From NCBI RefSeq assembly GCF_045037415.1, contig NZ_CP173438.1: 64,000 nt of DNA. The stretch is one strand, 5' to 3'. The notes below the pieces were generated by a model, which was not told the origin of the DNA, did no database searches, and was given only the letters and a program-made list of their open reading frames with translations. The position numbers and the translations under genes were made by a program. Source of the DNA: Escherichia coli (GTDB lineage Bacteria > Pseudomonadota > Gammaproteobacteria > Enterobacterales > Enterobacteriaceae). This document shows, piece after piece, positions 1 through 10,149 of this stretch. Position 1 is the first letter of the stretch; each line of letters opens with the position of its first letter.

Positions 1-721
1 TCAGTCTGGCGGTTGTGCTATCCATTGCCAGGATTGCAGCATCAGCCAGCTTTGCATCCCGTTCACACTCAACGAACATGAGCTTGATCAGCTTGATAAT
101 ATCATTGAGCGGAAGAAGCCTATTCAGAAAGGCCAGACGCTGTTTAAGGCTGGAGATGAACTTAAATCGCTTTATGCCATCCGCTCCGGTACGATTAAAA
201 GTTATACCATCACTGAGCAAGGCGACGAGCAAATCACTGGTTTCCATTTAGCAGGCGATCTGGTGGGATTTGATGCCATCGGCAGCGGTCATCACCCGAG
301 TTTCGCGCAGGCGCTGGAAACCTCGATGGTATGTGAAATCCCGTTCGAAACGCTGGACGATTTGTCTGGTAAAATGCCGAATCTGCGTCAGCAGATGATG
401 CGTCTGATGAGCGGTGAAATCAAAGGCGATCAGGACATGATCCTGCTGTTGTCGAAGAAAAATGCCGAGGAACGTCTGGCTGCATTCATCTACAACCTGT
501 CCCGTCGTTTTGCCCAACGCGGCTTCTCCCCTCGTGAATTCCGCCTGACGATGACTCGTGGTGATATCGGTAACTATCTGGGCCTGACGGTTGAAACCAT
601 CAGCCGTCTGCTGGGTCGCTTCCAGAAAAGCGGTATGCTGGCAGTCAAAGGTAAATACATCACTATCGAAAATAACGATGCGCTGGCCCAGCTTGCTGGT
701 CACACGCGTAACGTTGCCTGA
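1..721 (+). CDS. fnr: FNR, fumarate/nitrate reduction transcriptional regulator (5' end cut by window edge; frame begins at nt 2)
   Basis: Translation from nt 2 gives [18 protein letters not shown]... (Fe-S cysteine cluster) followed by the CRP/FNR-type body of ORF 263..721; stop TGA at 719-721. Confidence 0.95.
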
Positions 722-872
722 TTCTTCCGCATAACTCACTATCCTTCTGTCATATCATTAAATTTTTCTGATTTATTGATCTGACAGAAGGTTCATCACT
801 GTTTCATTCACCAGATATGGGTTAATCTTTTAATTACAAACTGCGTTGACAGTTGTTGTAAGGAGACCCTGT

Positions 873-1823
873 ATGGCTATGTATCAGAACATGCTCGTTG
901 TTATCGATCCTAACCAGGACGACCAACCAGCATTGCGGCGAGCTGTTTATTTACATCAACGGATTGGTGGCAAAATTAAAGCCTTTTTGCCGATCTATGA
1001 CTTCTCATACGAAATGACCACCCTGCTCTCTCCGGACGAACGTACCGCTATGCGTCAGGGCGTCATCAGCCAGCGTACAGCCTGGATCCACGAGCAGGCA
1101 AAATATTATCTCAATGCTGGCGTTCCCATTGAAATTAAAGTGGTCTGGCATAACCGTCCTTTCGAAGCCATCATTCAGGAAGTGATCAGCGGCGGGCACG
1201 ATTTGGTGCTAAAAATGGCGCACCAACATGACCGTCTGGAAGCGGTGATTTTTACGCCAACGGACTGGCATCTGTTACGCAAATGCCCAAGCCCCGTGTG
1301 GATGGTGAAAGACCAGCCGTGGCCGGAAGGGGGTAAGGCGCTGGTGGCGGTGAATCTCGCCAGTGAAGAGCCGTACCATAATGCGCTCAATGAAAAACTG
1401 GTCAAAGAGACGATCGAACTGGCAGAACAAGTCAACCATACCGAAGTTCATCTGGTTGGCGCTTATCCGGTAACGCCAATTAATATCGCGATTGAACTGC
1501 CGGAATTTGACCCGAGCGTTTATAACGATGCCATTCGTGGGCAACATTTGCTGGCAATGAAAGCTCTGCGACAGAAATTCGGCATTAATGAAAACATGAC
1601 GCACGTAGAAAAAGGTCTGCCAGAAGAGGTGATTCCTGATTTGGCGGAGCACTTACAGGCGGGGATTGTGGTTCTGGGCACGGTCGGACGCACCGGTATT
1701 TCAGCAGCATTCCTCGGCAACACGGCGGAACAGGTGATTGATCATCTTCGCTGCGACCTGCTGGTCATTAAACCTGACCAGTATCAGACACCCGTTGAAC
1801 TGGATGACGAAGAAGACGATTAA
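873..1823 (+). CDS. uspE: Universal stress protein E (tandem UspA domains)
   Basis: ORF 846..1823; start placed at [10 protein letters not shown] (nt 873) to give 316 aa; recognised protein sequence. Confidence 0.9.
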   Translation: MAMYQNMLVVIDPNQDDQPALRRAVYLHQRIGGKIKAFLPIYDFSYEMTTLLSPDERTAMRQGVISQRTAWIHEQAKYYLNAGVPIEIKVVWHNRPFEAIIQEVISGGHDLVLKMAHQHDRLEAVIFTPTDWHLLRKCPSPVWMVKDQPWPEGGKALVAVNLASEEPYHNALNEKLVKETIELAEQVNHTEVHLVGAYPVTPINIAIELPEFDPSVYNDAIRGQHLLAMKALRQKFGINENMTHVEKGLPEEVIPDLAEHLQAGIVVLGTVGRTGISAAFLGNTAEQVIDHLRCDLLVIKPDQYQTPVELDDEEDD

Positions 1824-1844
1824 CGACTCTTCAATAACTGACAA

Positions 1845-1871
1845 GGCCCGAGTTATCGGGCCTATTTTTTA
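1845..1871. terminator. Hairpin plus T-tract between convergent uspE and ynaJ
   Basis: GGCCCGA-gtta-TCGGGCC stem followed by TATTTTTTA. Confidence 0.6.
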
Positions 1872-1872
1872 C

Positions 1873-2130
1873 TTACTGCTCTTCGCCGCCAAGGAAATAA
1901 ATTCCCAACGGGATTGCCAGCAACACAGTAAAGACCAGGCTATAAACAAAAATCATCGATGACTGAATCACATACATTGATGTCGTCCACTCAGACAGCG
2001 GAATATTGTACTGTTCTATAACGCCGCCGATGGTCGCGCGAGTCACAACCGACGCCGCAATAATGAAAACCGCCAACAAACCAAAGAGAAATTTCTTCCC
2101 TTTCGCTGACTTCAGTTTCGCCATAATCAT
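1873..2130 (-). CDS. ynaJ: Small inner-membrane protein YnaJ (DUF2534)
   Basis: 85-aa ORF with two hydrophobic segments; position between uspE and ynaI. Confidence 0.85.
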   Translation of the reverse strand: MIMAKLKSAKGKKFLFGLLAVFIIAASVVTRATIGGVIEQYNIPLSEWTTSMYVIQSSMIFVYSLVFTVLLAIPLGIYFLGGEEQ

Positions 2131-2373
2131 GATGTAATCCTTGTGCAGACAAATTTTTTGTTACCTAAACGTAACAATACCATGACATTTCACCGTTGTC
2201 TGCTCTGAAAACCTCACCTCTTAGCTGGATTTACAATCAACGCATTGATTAGTTAGCTAATGTTGCTACTTCCTTCCCTGACTATTGATGATCTGAATGA
2301 ATTGTCGCGGTAAAATAGTCCCGCCAGGGGTTTCCGGCATGACGACAATTATCTGGAGGAGCCTGATAAAACA

Positions 2374-3405
2374 ATGATCGCTGAACTGTTTACAAATAAT
2401 GCGCTTAATCTGGTCATTATTTTCGGTAGCTGCGCAGCATTGATTCTGATGAGCTTTTGGTTTCGCCGTGGAAATCGTAAAAGAAAAGGATTTTTATTCC
2501 ATGCGGTGCAATTTTTAATCTACACCATAATTATTAGTGCTGTTGGTAGCATCATTAACTATGTTATAGAAAACTATAAACTCAAATTTATCACCCCAGG
2601 CGTTATCGATTTTATCTGTACGTCCCTGATTGCGGTTATTCTGACGATTAAGCTATTTCTGCTGATTAATCAGTTTGAAAAACAGCAGATTAAAAAAGGT
2701 CGCGATATCACCAGTGCGCGGATCATGTCGCGCATTATCAAAATCACCATTATTGTGGTGCTTGTTCTGCTTTATGGCGAACATTTCGGCATGAGCCTTT
2801 CTGGCTTGTTGACCTTTGGTGGTATTGGTGGTCTGGCTGTCGGTATGGCCGGTAAAGATATTCTGAGTAACTTCTTTTCCGGGATTATGCTCTATTTCGA
2901 CCGTCCTTTCAGTATTGGCGACTGGATCCGTTCACCGGACAGAAATATCGAAGGTACAGTAGCGGAAATTGGCTGGCGAATTACCAAAATTAAGACCTTT
3001 GATAATCGTCCATTGTACGTACCGAACTCGCTGTTTTCGTCGATCAGCGTAGAAAATCCTGGACGAATGACCAACCGGCGCATTACCACGACCATTGGTT
3101 TACGTTATGAGGATGCGGCAAAAGTGGGCGTTATTGTCGAAGCCGTACGTGAGATGCTGAAAAATCACCCGGCCATCGACCAGCGACAAACCTTACTGGT
3201 TTATTTCAACCAGTTTGCTGATTCGTCATTAAATATTATGGTTTATTGCTTTACCAAAACCACGGTATGGGCTGAATGGCTTGCTGCACAGCAAGACGTT
3301 TATTTGAAGATTATCGATATTGTACAGTCACACGGCGCGGACTTTGCCTTCCCCAGCCAGACGCTGTATATGGATAACATTACACCGGCGGACCAGGGTC
3401 GCTAA
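2374..3405 (+). CDS. ynaI: MscS-family mechanosensitive channel YnaI
   Basis: 343-aa ORF; N-terminal TM helices plus MscS-like C-terminal domain; synteny. Confidence 0.9.
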   Translation: MIAELFTNNALNLVIIFGSCAALILMSFWFRRGNRKRKGFLFHAVQFLIYTIIISAVGSIINYVIENYKLKFITPGVIDFICTSLIAVILTIKLFLLINQFEKQQIKKGRDITSARIMSRIIKITIIVVLVLLYGEHFGMSLSGLLTFGGIGGLAVGMAGKDILSNFFSGIMLYFDRPFSIGDWIRSPDRNIEGTVAEIGWRITKIKTFDNRPLYVPNSLFSSISVENPGRMTNRRITTTIGLRYEDAAKVGVIVEAVREMLKNHPAIDQRQTLLVYFNQFADSSLNIMVYCFTKTTVWAEWLAAQQDVYLKIIDIVQSHGADFAFPSQTLYMDNITPADQGR

Positions 3406-3415
3406 ATCAGACATC

Positions 3416-3445
3416 ACTGGCGTTATCCACAAGGGTAACGCCAGT
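3416..3445. terminator. Bidirectional hairpin between convergent ynaI and mppA
   Basis: ACTGGCGTTA / TAACGCCAGT 10-bp inverted repeat with 10-nt loop. Confidence 0.5.
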
Positions 3446-3455
3446 TCTCATCACA

Positions 3456-5069
3456 TCAATGCTTCACAATATACATAGTCCGACTGTACGCCACATCTTC
3501 AGGGTTGTTAATGGGATAACCTTTCAGCCACGGCTTGATTAATCGTCCATTGGTATATTGATAAATTGGTGCAATCGGTGCTTGCTCCATGAGGATTTTT
3601 TCTGCCGCGTTGTAATCGGCATTACGCGCTTTAACGGTATTTTCCGTCGATGCCTGGGCCAGAACTTTGTCATATGCCGGATTGTTAAAGCGTGAAATAT
3701 TCCCGGAATGCGTTGACGTTAATAATGTCAGGAAAGTGGAGGGTTCATTATAATCCCCTACCCACGAGGCGCGGATAACATCAAAATTGCCGGTATTACG
3801 GCTATCGATATAGGTTTTCCATTCCTGGTTTTGCAATTTAACATCTACGCCCAGGTTCTTTTTCCACATCGATGCTACAGCAATCGCAATTTTTTGATGG
3901 TTTTCTGAAGTGTTATACAAAAGCGTCAGCTTCAGCGGTTTTTGCGGACCATAACCAGCGGCGCTCAACAAAGTTTTTGCCTGCGCATTCAGTTCTTCCT
4001 GACTCATTTGTTCAAACGGCGAAGGTTCCGGCGTAAATCCCGCGGTAACATCTGGTGTAAAATGCCACGCTGGCTTTTCGCCCGTCCCCAACACTTTTTC
4101 GGTCATCAGGCGGCGATCTATCGTCATACTTAATGCCAGGCGAACGCGCTGATCTGCCGTCGGCCCTTTTTGCGTGTTAAACGCATAATAATAGGTCCCG
4201 AGCTGCGGCGGCGTATAAACCTGCCCCGGAATATCCTTCAACAGCTTCTGATACATATTTTTCGGGAAGGATTCGGTGATATCAATATCCCCCGCGAGAT
4301 AACGCTTAGTGGCTGCGGATTCCTGATTAATTGGCAGGAAGGTCACTTTTTGCAGTACCGTTTTGGCGTTATCCCAATAATGGGTATTCGGCACTACGAC
4401 CAGTTTTTCATTGACTACGCGCTCTTTAAGAACATAAGCGCCATTGCCGATCAGATTTCCGGGTTTCGTCCACTCTTTACTGCTTTCTACGTTGGCTTTT
4501 TGCACCGGGAAGAAGGCAAAGTTAGCGGTTAAATTCACAAACCACGGCAACGGTTTATCAAGCTGGATTTTCAAAGTATGGGCATCAACTGCGGTAACGC
4601 CAAGCTGGTCAGGCGTGGCTTTACCATCAATAATCGCCTGTGCGTTGTTGATTCCCGCCAGCGCGGCAAACCATGCAAATGGCGAAAGCGTTTTCGGGTC
4701 CACCAGACGTTGCCAGCTGTAGACAAAATCTTGCGCCGTTACCGGTGTGCCATCCGCCCATTTTGCGTTATCGCGCAGGGTAAAAGTCCAGATACGGTTG
4801 TCATTACTTTTCCACTGAGTCGCAACGCCGGGGACAATCTCCCCTTTCTCGTTCTGATTCACCAGTCCTTCAAACAGATCGCGAATGACCTGAATCTCCG
4901 GCAGGCCCACGGCTTTAGCGGGATCCAGCGACGCTGGCTCATCTTTAATGTGGCGCACCAGCTCCTGCTTCTCTGCCAGTACTGTGCCGCTCGGAACTTC
5001 AGCAGCATACGAAAGAGAAATGCTGCTGACCAACAGCGCACAACACGTGACTGAAACAGAGTGCTTCAT
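3456..5069 (-). CDS. mppA: Periplasmic murein tripeptide-binding protein MppA (OppA paralog)
   Basis: ORF 3456..5090; start placed at MKHSVSVTCCALL (signal peptide) giving 537 aa; SBP family 5. Confidence 0.9.
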   Translation of the reverse strand: MKHSVSVTCCALLVSSISLSYAAEVPSGTVLAEKQELVRHIKDEPASLDPAKAVGLPEIQVIRDLFEGLVNQNEKGEIVPGVATQWKSNDNRIWTFTLRDNAKWADGTPVTAQDFVYSWQRLVDPKTLSPFAWFAALAGINNAQAIIDGKATPDQLGVTAVDAHTLKIQLDKPLPWFVNLTANFAFFPVQKANVESSKEWTKPGNLIGNGAYVLKERVVNEKLVVVPNTHYWDNAKTVLQKVTFLPINQESAATKRYLAGDIDITESFPKNMYQKLLKDIPGQVYTPPQLGTYYYAFNTQKGPTADQRVRLALSMTIDRRLMTEKVLGTGEKPAWHFTPDVTAGFTPEPSPFEQMSQEELNAQAKTLLSAAGYGPQKPLKLTLLYNTSENHQKIAIAVASMWKKNLGVDVKLQNQEWKTYIDSRNTGNFDVIRASWVGDYNEPSTFLTLLTSTHSGNISRFNNPAYDKVLAQASTENTVKARNADYNAAEKILMEQAPIAPIYQYTNGRLIKPWLKGYPINNPEDVAYSRTMYIVKH

Positions 5070-5125
5070 AAGTTTCCCTCTAACCGACATTAAAATTGAT
5101 GCGTAATTATTTGTTTCGCCTTAAA

Positions 5126-5161
5126 GAAATGCAAACAACTTCCATCAAAAAAGTGACAAAG
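5126..5161 (+). repeat. Copy A of a ~36-bp conserved element (AATGCAAACAACTTCC..CAAAAAAGTGA), upstream of mppA
   Basis: Near-identical to 8237..8273 (about 33 of 38 positions by eye). Confidence 0.7.
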
Positions 5162-5405
5162 GAAGCATCAAATGTTTTAAGTATCAATATATCAAATCAG
5201 ATTTAGTGTAAATAATAGTCTCCAAAATGCGGTAAAGCACATAGAACTCCGAACACTACGTTCGGGCTTCGCACATTCAAACCCGTTTTCGGTATCATAA
5301 TCAGCATCTGTCGCCATTGTGCGAAGAATAAAAAATAACCAAAACGTTGAAAGGAACTGAGAATACGTTAAGAGAAGAATTAAATTAATGTATCAGCAAG
5401 TAGTG

Positions 5406-6305
5406 CTAAACAGCACCTTTATACTTCAGCCTATCTATAAATAATGAGAATGCCGAGCCAGCATGTCGACGGTGTGGATAGTACAGGTGATAACCGGGTA
5501 AATCTGGTGTGAATTTATCCAAAACACGTATCAGTTTTTTTTCTTTAATAGCCCGCTCCACCTGATCATAAGGTAGATACGCCAATCCATGCCCATCAAT
5601 TGCAGCATCAATGATCAGATCTATCGTATTCAGTAAAAGCTGACCTTCCATGCGAACACGAACTTCACGTCCACCGCGTATTAATCTCCAGCGATTTGCT
5701 GTACCCGATGTGGGAAGATACAAATTAATTGCCTGATGATCTATTAATTGTGACACTGACGTTGGAGCACTTCGACGAGAAAAATAATCCGGTGAGCCAA
5801 CAATAGCCATTGGTATGTCTGGCCCGATTCGAATGGCGATCATATCTTTATCCATCTCCCCACCCAGACGGACGCCTGCATCAAAACGTTCAGAAACGAC
5901 ATCGGTCAAACCATAATCAATGGTAAGCTGAATATCAATTTCAGGATGCGATTTCAGGAATGTGCGCATGGCTGGTAACAATATCGTTTTTGCTGCATGT
6001 TCTACAGTAGTAATACGTATTGTCCCGGATGGGCGGTTCTGCAGATCGCTCAGGGATGTCAGGGCAGAATCTATGTCATGCAACATAGGGCCAAGAACAG
6101 ACAAAAGATGCTCGCCCGCTTCAGTGGGTACAACGCTGCGCGTGGTTCGCGTCAGAAGCCGCAATCCCAATCGTTCTTCTATACGGCGCACTATCTGGCT
6201 TAAAGCTGACTGCGCCATGCTCAGGCGGGCTGCTGCGCGAGTGAAGCTACGCTCCTCTGCAACAACGACAAACGCCATCAGATCAGCGATTTCTTCACGC
6301 TTCAT
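5406..6305 (-). CDS. ycjZ: LysR-family transcriptional regulator YcjZ
   Basis: 299-aa ORF; N-terminal LysR HTH (FTRAAARLSMAQSALSQ) and substrate-binding domain. Confidence 0.85.
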   Translation of the reverse strand: MKREEIADLMAFVVVAEERSFTRAAARLSMAQSALSQIVRRIEERLGLRLLTRTTRSVVPTEAGEHLLSVLGPMLHDIDSALTSLSDLQNRPSGTIRITTVEHAAKTILLPAMRTFLKSHPEIDIQLTIDYGLTDVVSERFDAGVRLGGEMDKDMIAIRIGPDIPMAIVGSPDYFSRRSAPTSVSQLIDHQAINLYLPTSGTANRWRLIRGGREVRVRMEGQLLLNTIDLIIDAAIDGHGLAYLPYDQVERAIKEKKLIRVLDKFTPDLPGYHLYYPHRRHAGSAFSLFIDRLKYKGAV

Positions 6306-6442
6306 TCAGTATCTCCATACAATCTATTAATCATTTAAATGATAGGTCTAATCATGATTTTGGGTCTAATCAACTTAATGATCAATATCTATAGTGATAT
6401 CACCAACCGTTAAAACGAACCGACAACTCCATGAGGAACGGA

Positions 6443-7363
6443 ATGATGAATAATAAAGTCAGCTTCACTAACAGCAATAATCCAACCATCTCTTTGTCTG
6501 CAGTGATCTATTTCCCTCCAAAATTTGATGAAACCCGTCAGTATCCGGCAATTGTGGTATCTCACCCAGGTGGGGGCGTTAAAGAGCAAACGGCCGGAAC
6601 CTATGCCGAAAAACTGGCGGAAAAAGGATTTGTCACTATTGCTTATGACGCATCTTATCAAGGTGAAAGCGGCGGCGAGCCGCGTCAGTTAGAAAACCCA
6701 TACATTCGTACTGAAGACGTCAGTGCCGTGATTGATTACCTGACAACGCTTTCTTATGTCGACAATACCCGAATTGGTGCGATGGGAATTTGTGCCGGTG
6801 CAGGATATACAGCCAATGCTGCAATTCAGGATCGCCGCATCAAGGCCATCGGTACTGTTAGTGCGGTCAATATTGGTTCGATGTTCCGTAATGGTTGGGA
6901 AAACAATGTGAAATCTATTGATGCCCTACCATACGTTGACGCGGGTTCAAACGCCCGAACCAGCGATATTAGCAGCGGAGAATACGCCACTATGCCACTG
7001 GCACCAATGAAGGAGTCCGATGCGCCGAACGAAGAACTGCGTCAGGCCTGGGAATATTACCACACCCCTCGCGCGCAGTATCCAACAGCACCGGGTTACG
7101 CTACTTTGCGCAGCCTTAACCAGATTATTACCTATGATGCTTACCATATGGCGGAAGTGTACCTGACTCAGCCGATACAGATTGTGGCGGGCAGCCTGGC
7201 TGGGAGCAAATGGATGAGTGACGACCTGTACGATCGAGCATCAAGCCAGGATAAACGCTATCACATTGTTGAAGGCGCAAACCATATGGATCTTTATGAT
7301 GGCAAAGTCTATGTGGCTGAAGTAATTTCAGTATTAGCTCCGTTCTTTGAGGAAACTCTGTAA
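6443..7363 (+). CDS. ycjY: Alpha/beta-hydrolase family protein YcjY
   Basis: ORF 6431..7363; start placed at second/third ATG after an AGGA; GxCxG nucleophile-elbow-like motif (MGICAGAG). Confidence 0.8.
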   Translation: MMNNKVSFTNSNNPTISLSAVIYFPPKFDETRQYPAIVVSHPGGGVKEQTAGTYAEKLAEKGFVTIAYDASYQGESGGEPRQLENPYIRTEDVSAVIDYLTTLSYVDNTRIGAMGICAGAGYTANAAIQDRRIKAIGTVSAVNIGSMFRNGWENNVKSIDALPYVDAGSNARTSDISSGEYATMPLAPMKESDAPNEELRQAWEYYHTPRAQYPTAPGYATLRSLNQIITYDAYHMAEVYLTQPIQIVAGSLAGSKWMSDDLYDRASSQDKRYHIVEGANHMDLYDGKVYVAEVISVLAPFFEETL

Positions 7364-7433
7364 TGAAACATATTCAAATCCGTAATAGTGATATGGCCTG
7401 GCATATTGCTGCCAATAATCTGGGAAAAGTTTC

Positions 7434-8072
7434 ATGAAAAATGTACTGATTCTTGGTGCTGGCGGTCAGATAGCCCGCCATGTGATTAATCAACTGGCAG
7501 ATAAACAAACCATTAAACAAACTTTATTTGCCCGTCAGCCAGCAAAAATCCACAAACCCTATCCAACTAATAGCAAGATTATTATGGGGGATGTACTGAA
7601 TCATGCAGCACTGAAGCAGGCCATGCAGGGACAGGATGTTGTGTATGCCAACCTTACGGGGGAAGATTTAGATATTCAGGCAAATTCAGTGATCGCTGCG
7701 ATGAAAGCCTGTGATGTTAAACGTCTGATCTTTGTTCTTTCCCTCGGTATTTATGATGAAGTTCCAGGAAAATTTGGCGAATGGAATAATGCAGTTATTG
7801 GTGAACCCCTAAAACCATTCCGCAGGGCTGCGGATGCAATTGAGGCTTCTGGACTGGAATATACAATTCTTCGCCCTGCCTGGCTGACTGATGAAGATAT
7901 TATTGATTATGAGCTTACCTCACGCAATGAACCATTCAAAGGTACGATCGTATCACGTAAGAGTGTCGCAGCATTAATCACAGATATCATCGATAAACCT
8001 GAGAAACACATTGGTGAGAATATAGGCATCAATCAACCCGGGACTGATGGTGATAAGCCCTTCTTCATGTAA
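7434..8072 (+). CDS. NAD(P)-binding NmrA/SDR-like oxidoreductase (ymjC-like, apparently intact)
   Basis: 212-aa ORF; N-terminal Rossmann motif VLILGAGGQIARHV. Confidence 0.75.
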   Translation: MKNVLILGAGGQIARHVINQLADKQTIKQTLFARQPAKIHKPYPTNSKIIMGDVLNHAALKQAMQGQDVVYANLTGEDLDIQANSVIAAMKACDVKRLIFVLSLGIYDEVPGKFGEWNNAVIGEPLKPFRRAADAIEASGLEYTILRPAWLTDEDIIDYELTSRNEPFKGTIVSRKSVAALITDIIDKPEKHIGENIGINQPGTDGDKPFFM

Positions 8073-8090
8073 ATCAATTATATAGCTACC

Positions 8091-8117
8091 ATCGTACTGT
8101 ACTATGTGCAGTACGAT
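8091..8117 (+). terminator. Hairpin downstream of the ymjC-like gene
   Basis: ATCGTACTG / CAGTACGAT 9-bp inverted repeat followed by an AT-rich tract. Confidence 0.4.
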
Positions 8118-8236
8118 TTATTAAACTTATTAAGGTGAACTGATCAATCAGATGCGATTAACATGTGTAGAACCAGTAAGAATAAAATACGCCATGTATA
8201 TAACATTACGACAATTCTAATATCTGCACATCAATG

Positions 8237-8273
8237 AAAATGCAAACAACTTCCGGCAAAAAAGTGATACAAG
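8237..8273 (+). repeat. Copy B of the ~36-bp conserved element, upstream of mpaA
   Basis: Near-identical to 5126..5161. Confidence 0.7.
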
Positions 8274-8362
8274 ATCGATGACATAGCGTTGAAGAAAAGG
8301 ATTTGATAATCCGCAAAATTTGCACAACACTGCCTGTAATACTTCCTGAACCAGAGACGATC

Positions 8363-9091
8363 ATGACCGTAACTCGCCCACGCGCCGAACGCGGCGCATT
8401 TCCGCCCGGAACAGAACATTACGGACGTTCATTATTGGGCGCGCCGTTAATCTGGTTTCCGGCCCCTGCAGCCAGTCACGAAAGTGGTTTGATTCTGGCT
8501 GGCACTCACGGTGATGAAAACTCTTCGATCGTCACGCTCTCCTGTGCTCTGCGGACTTTGACACCTTCTTTGCGCCGCCATCATGTGGTGCTGTGTGTGA
8601 ATCCTGACGGCTGCCAGTTAGGGTTACGGGCCAATGCTAATGGTGTGGATTTAAACCGAAACTTTCCGGCAGCGAACTGGAAGGAAGGTGAAACAGTTTA
8701 TCGCTGGAACAGCGCCGCTGAAGAACGTGATGTTGTATTACTGACAGGTGACAAACCTGGCTCCGAACCTGAAACCCAGGCGCTGTGCCAGCTTATACAC
8801 CGCATTCAACCTGCCTGGGTGGTCTCATTCCACGATCCGCTGGCCTGTATTGAAGATCCCAGACACAGCGAATTAGGTGAATGGCTGGCCCAGGCGTTTG
8901 AATTGCCTCTGGTAACCAGCGTCGGTTATGAAACGCCTGGCTCTTTCGGCAGTTGGTGTGCAGATCTCAACTTGCATTGCATCACCGCAGAGTTTCCACC
9001 CATCTCCTCCGACGAAGCCAGCGAAAAATATCTCTTTGCGATGGCAAACTTGCTGCGCTGGCATCCTAAAGATGCAATTCGCCCGTCGTGA
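8363..9091 (+). CDS. mpaA: Murein peptide amidase A (gamma-D-Glu-meso-DAP amidase, M14 family)
   Basis: ORF 8303..9091; start placed at MTVTRPRAERG giving 242 aa; zinc-carboxypeptidase-like HGDE motif. Confidence 0.9.
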   Translation: MTVTRPRAERGAFPPGTEHYGRSLLGAPLIWFPAPAASHESGLILAGTHGDENSSIVTLSCALRTLTPSLRRHHVVLCVNPDGCQLGLRANANGVDLNRNFPAANWKEGETVYRWNSAAEERDVVLLTGDKPGSEPETQALCQLIHRIQPAWVVSFHDPLACIEDPRHSELGEWLAQAFELPLVTSVGYETPGSFGSWCADLNLHCITAEFPPISSDEASEKYLFAMANLLRWHPKDAIRPS

Positions 9092-10031
9092 ACTGAAGCG
9101 CCGGTTCCACATCTACCGCCAGCCAGGTCGGTCCGTCAAGATCGGCGAAACTGACCTGCGGCACCAGCGGTAAAGCGGCGCTAATGGCACGAGAGGTACA
9201 CAACATGCAGCCCAGCATCAGACGAAAACCTTGTGCACGCGCTTCAGTCGCCAGCGCCAGCGCTTCCGTCAGACCACCGGTTTTATCAAGCTTAATGTTA
9301 ACCATCTCATAGCGCCCTTTCAGCGCCTTCAGATTGCTACGAGTATGACAACTTTCATCAGCACAAATCGGTAACGGATGAATAAAATTCTCCAGCGCCG
9401 CATCGTCCTGCGCAGGAAGCGGTTGTTCAAGCATCGCAACGCCTAAATCCGCCAATAGCTGGCAACGCGCCGCCAACCCTTCTGCACGCCAGGATTCATT
9501 TGCATCAACGATCAGCGTCGCATCGGGCACAGCTGTGCGAATTGCCACCATCCGCTCACTGATAAGATGGTTATCCAGCTTCACTTTCAGTAATTTCGCG
9601 CCTGCCTGCCAGAGTGTTGATGCACTATTGGCCATCTGATCAGGCGTACCGATGACTATCGTCTGTGCCGTGGTGACTGTCTCGGGAAGCGTTATGCCGA
9701 TCAAATCAGCCAGCGATTGCTGCTGTTTTCGCGCCGCCAGATCCCACAATGCACAATCCAGCGCATTACGTGCTGCGCCGGCAGGGAGGATTTTTTGCAA
9801 CTCCTCCCGTGTCAGCCCTTTCTCTAGTTGCGGCACGACGCTCATAATTTGCGCCATTACCGAGGCATCGCTTTCCCCATAACGCGGATACGGCGTGCAT
9901 TCACCGGTGCCTTTGATACCCTCTTCTTCCAGTTCAACCACCACCACGCGCGCTTCACTGCGACTTCCCCGAGCAATCACAAACGGGGTATGTAAGGGCC
10001 AGGCCTCCTCAAATACCTTAACGGTTCTCAT
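9066..10031 (-). CDS. ycjG: L-Ala-D/L-Glu epimerase (enolase superfamily)
   Basis: ORF 9066..10073; start placed at MRTVKVFEEAW giving 321 aa; 3' end overlaps mpaA 3' end by 26 bp. Confidence 0.9.
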   Translation of the reverse strand: MRTVKVFEEAWPLHTPFVIARGSRSEARVVVVELEEEGIKGTGECTPYPRYGESDASVMAQIMSVVPQLEKGLTREELQKILPAGAARNALDCALWDLAARKQQQSLADLIGITLPETVTTAQTIVIGTPDQMANSASTLWQAGAKLLKVKLDNHLISERMVAIRTAVPDATLIVDANESWRAEGLAARCQLLADLGVAMLEQPLPAQDDAALENFIHPLPICADESCHTRSNLKALKGRYEMVNIKLDKTGGLTEALALATEARAQGFRLMLGCMLCTSRAISAALPLVPQVSFADLDGPTWLAVDVEPALQFTTGELHL

Positions 10032-10149
10032 CTTTACTCCTTGTTGTCGCGGTGGTCTGCGGATTAAGCGCAAATAGCGTTTGCTGTGTTATTGACAGTT
10101 AGCATAAACTAGGTGTGACGTTAACTATATGTAAACAGGAAAGATAATC

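Noticed and set aside
248-739. 163-aa minus-strand ORF fully inside fnr
   Set aside because: Antisense to a well-supported, highly conserved gene; no independent signals; typical shadow ORF
5249-5265. Short hairpin CCGAAC-acta-GTTCGG upstream of mppA
   Set aside because: Only 6 bp of stem and no adjacent T-tract; too weak to call a terminator or operator
8303-8362. N-terminal extensions offered by the ORF track (mpaA here; likewise uspE, ycjX, ompG, ycjR, ycjM, pyrF, ribA, yciW, tyrR, and the TetR and adaptor genes)
   Set aside because: Upstream in-frame ATG/GTG codons lack SD sequences or would start upstream of promoter elements; downstream starts match known protein N-termini or signal peptides
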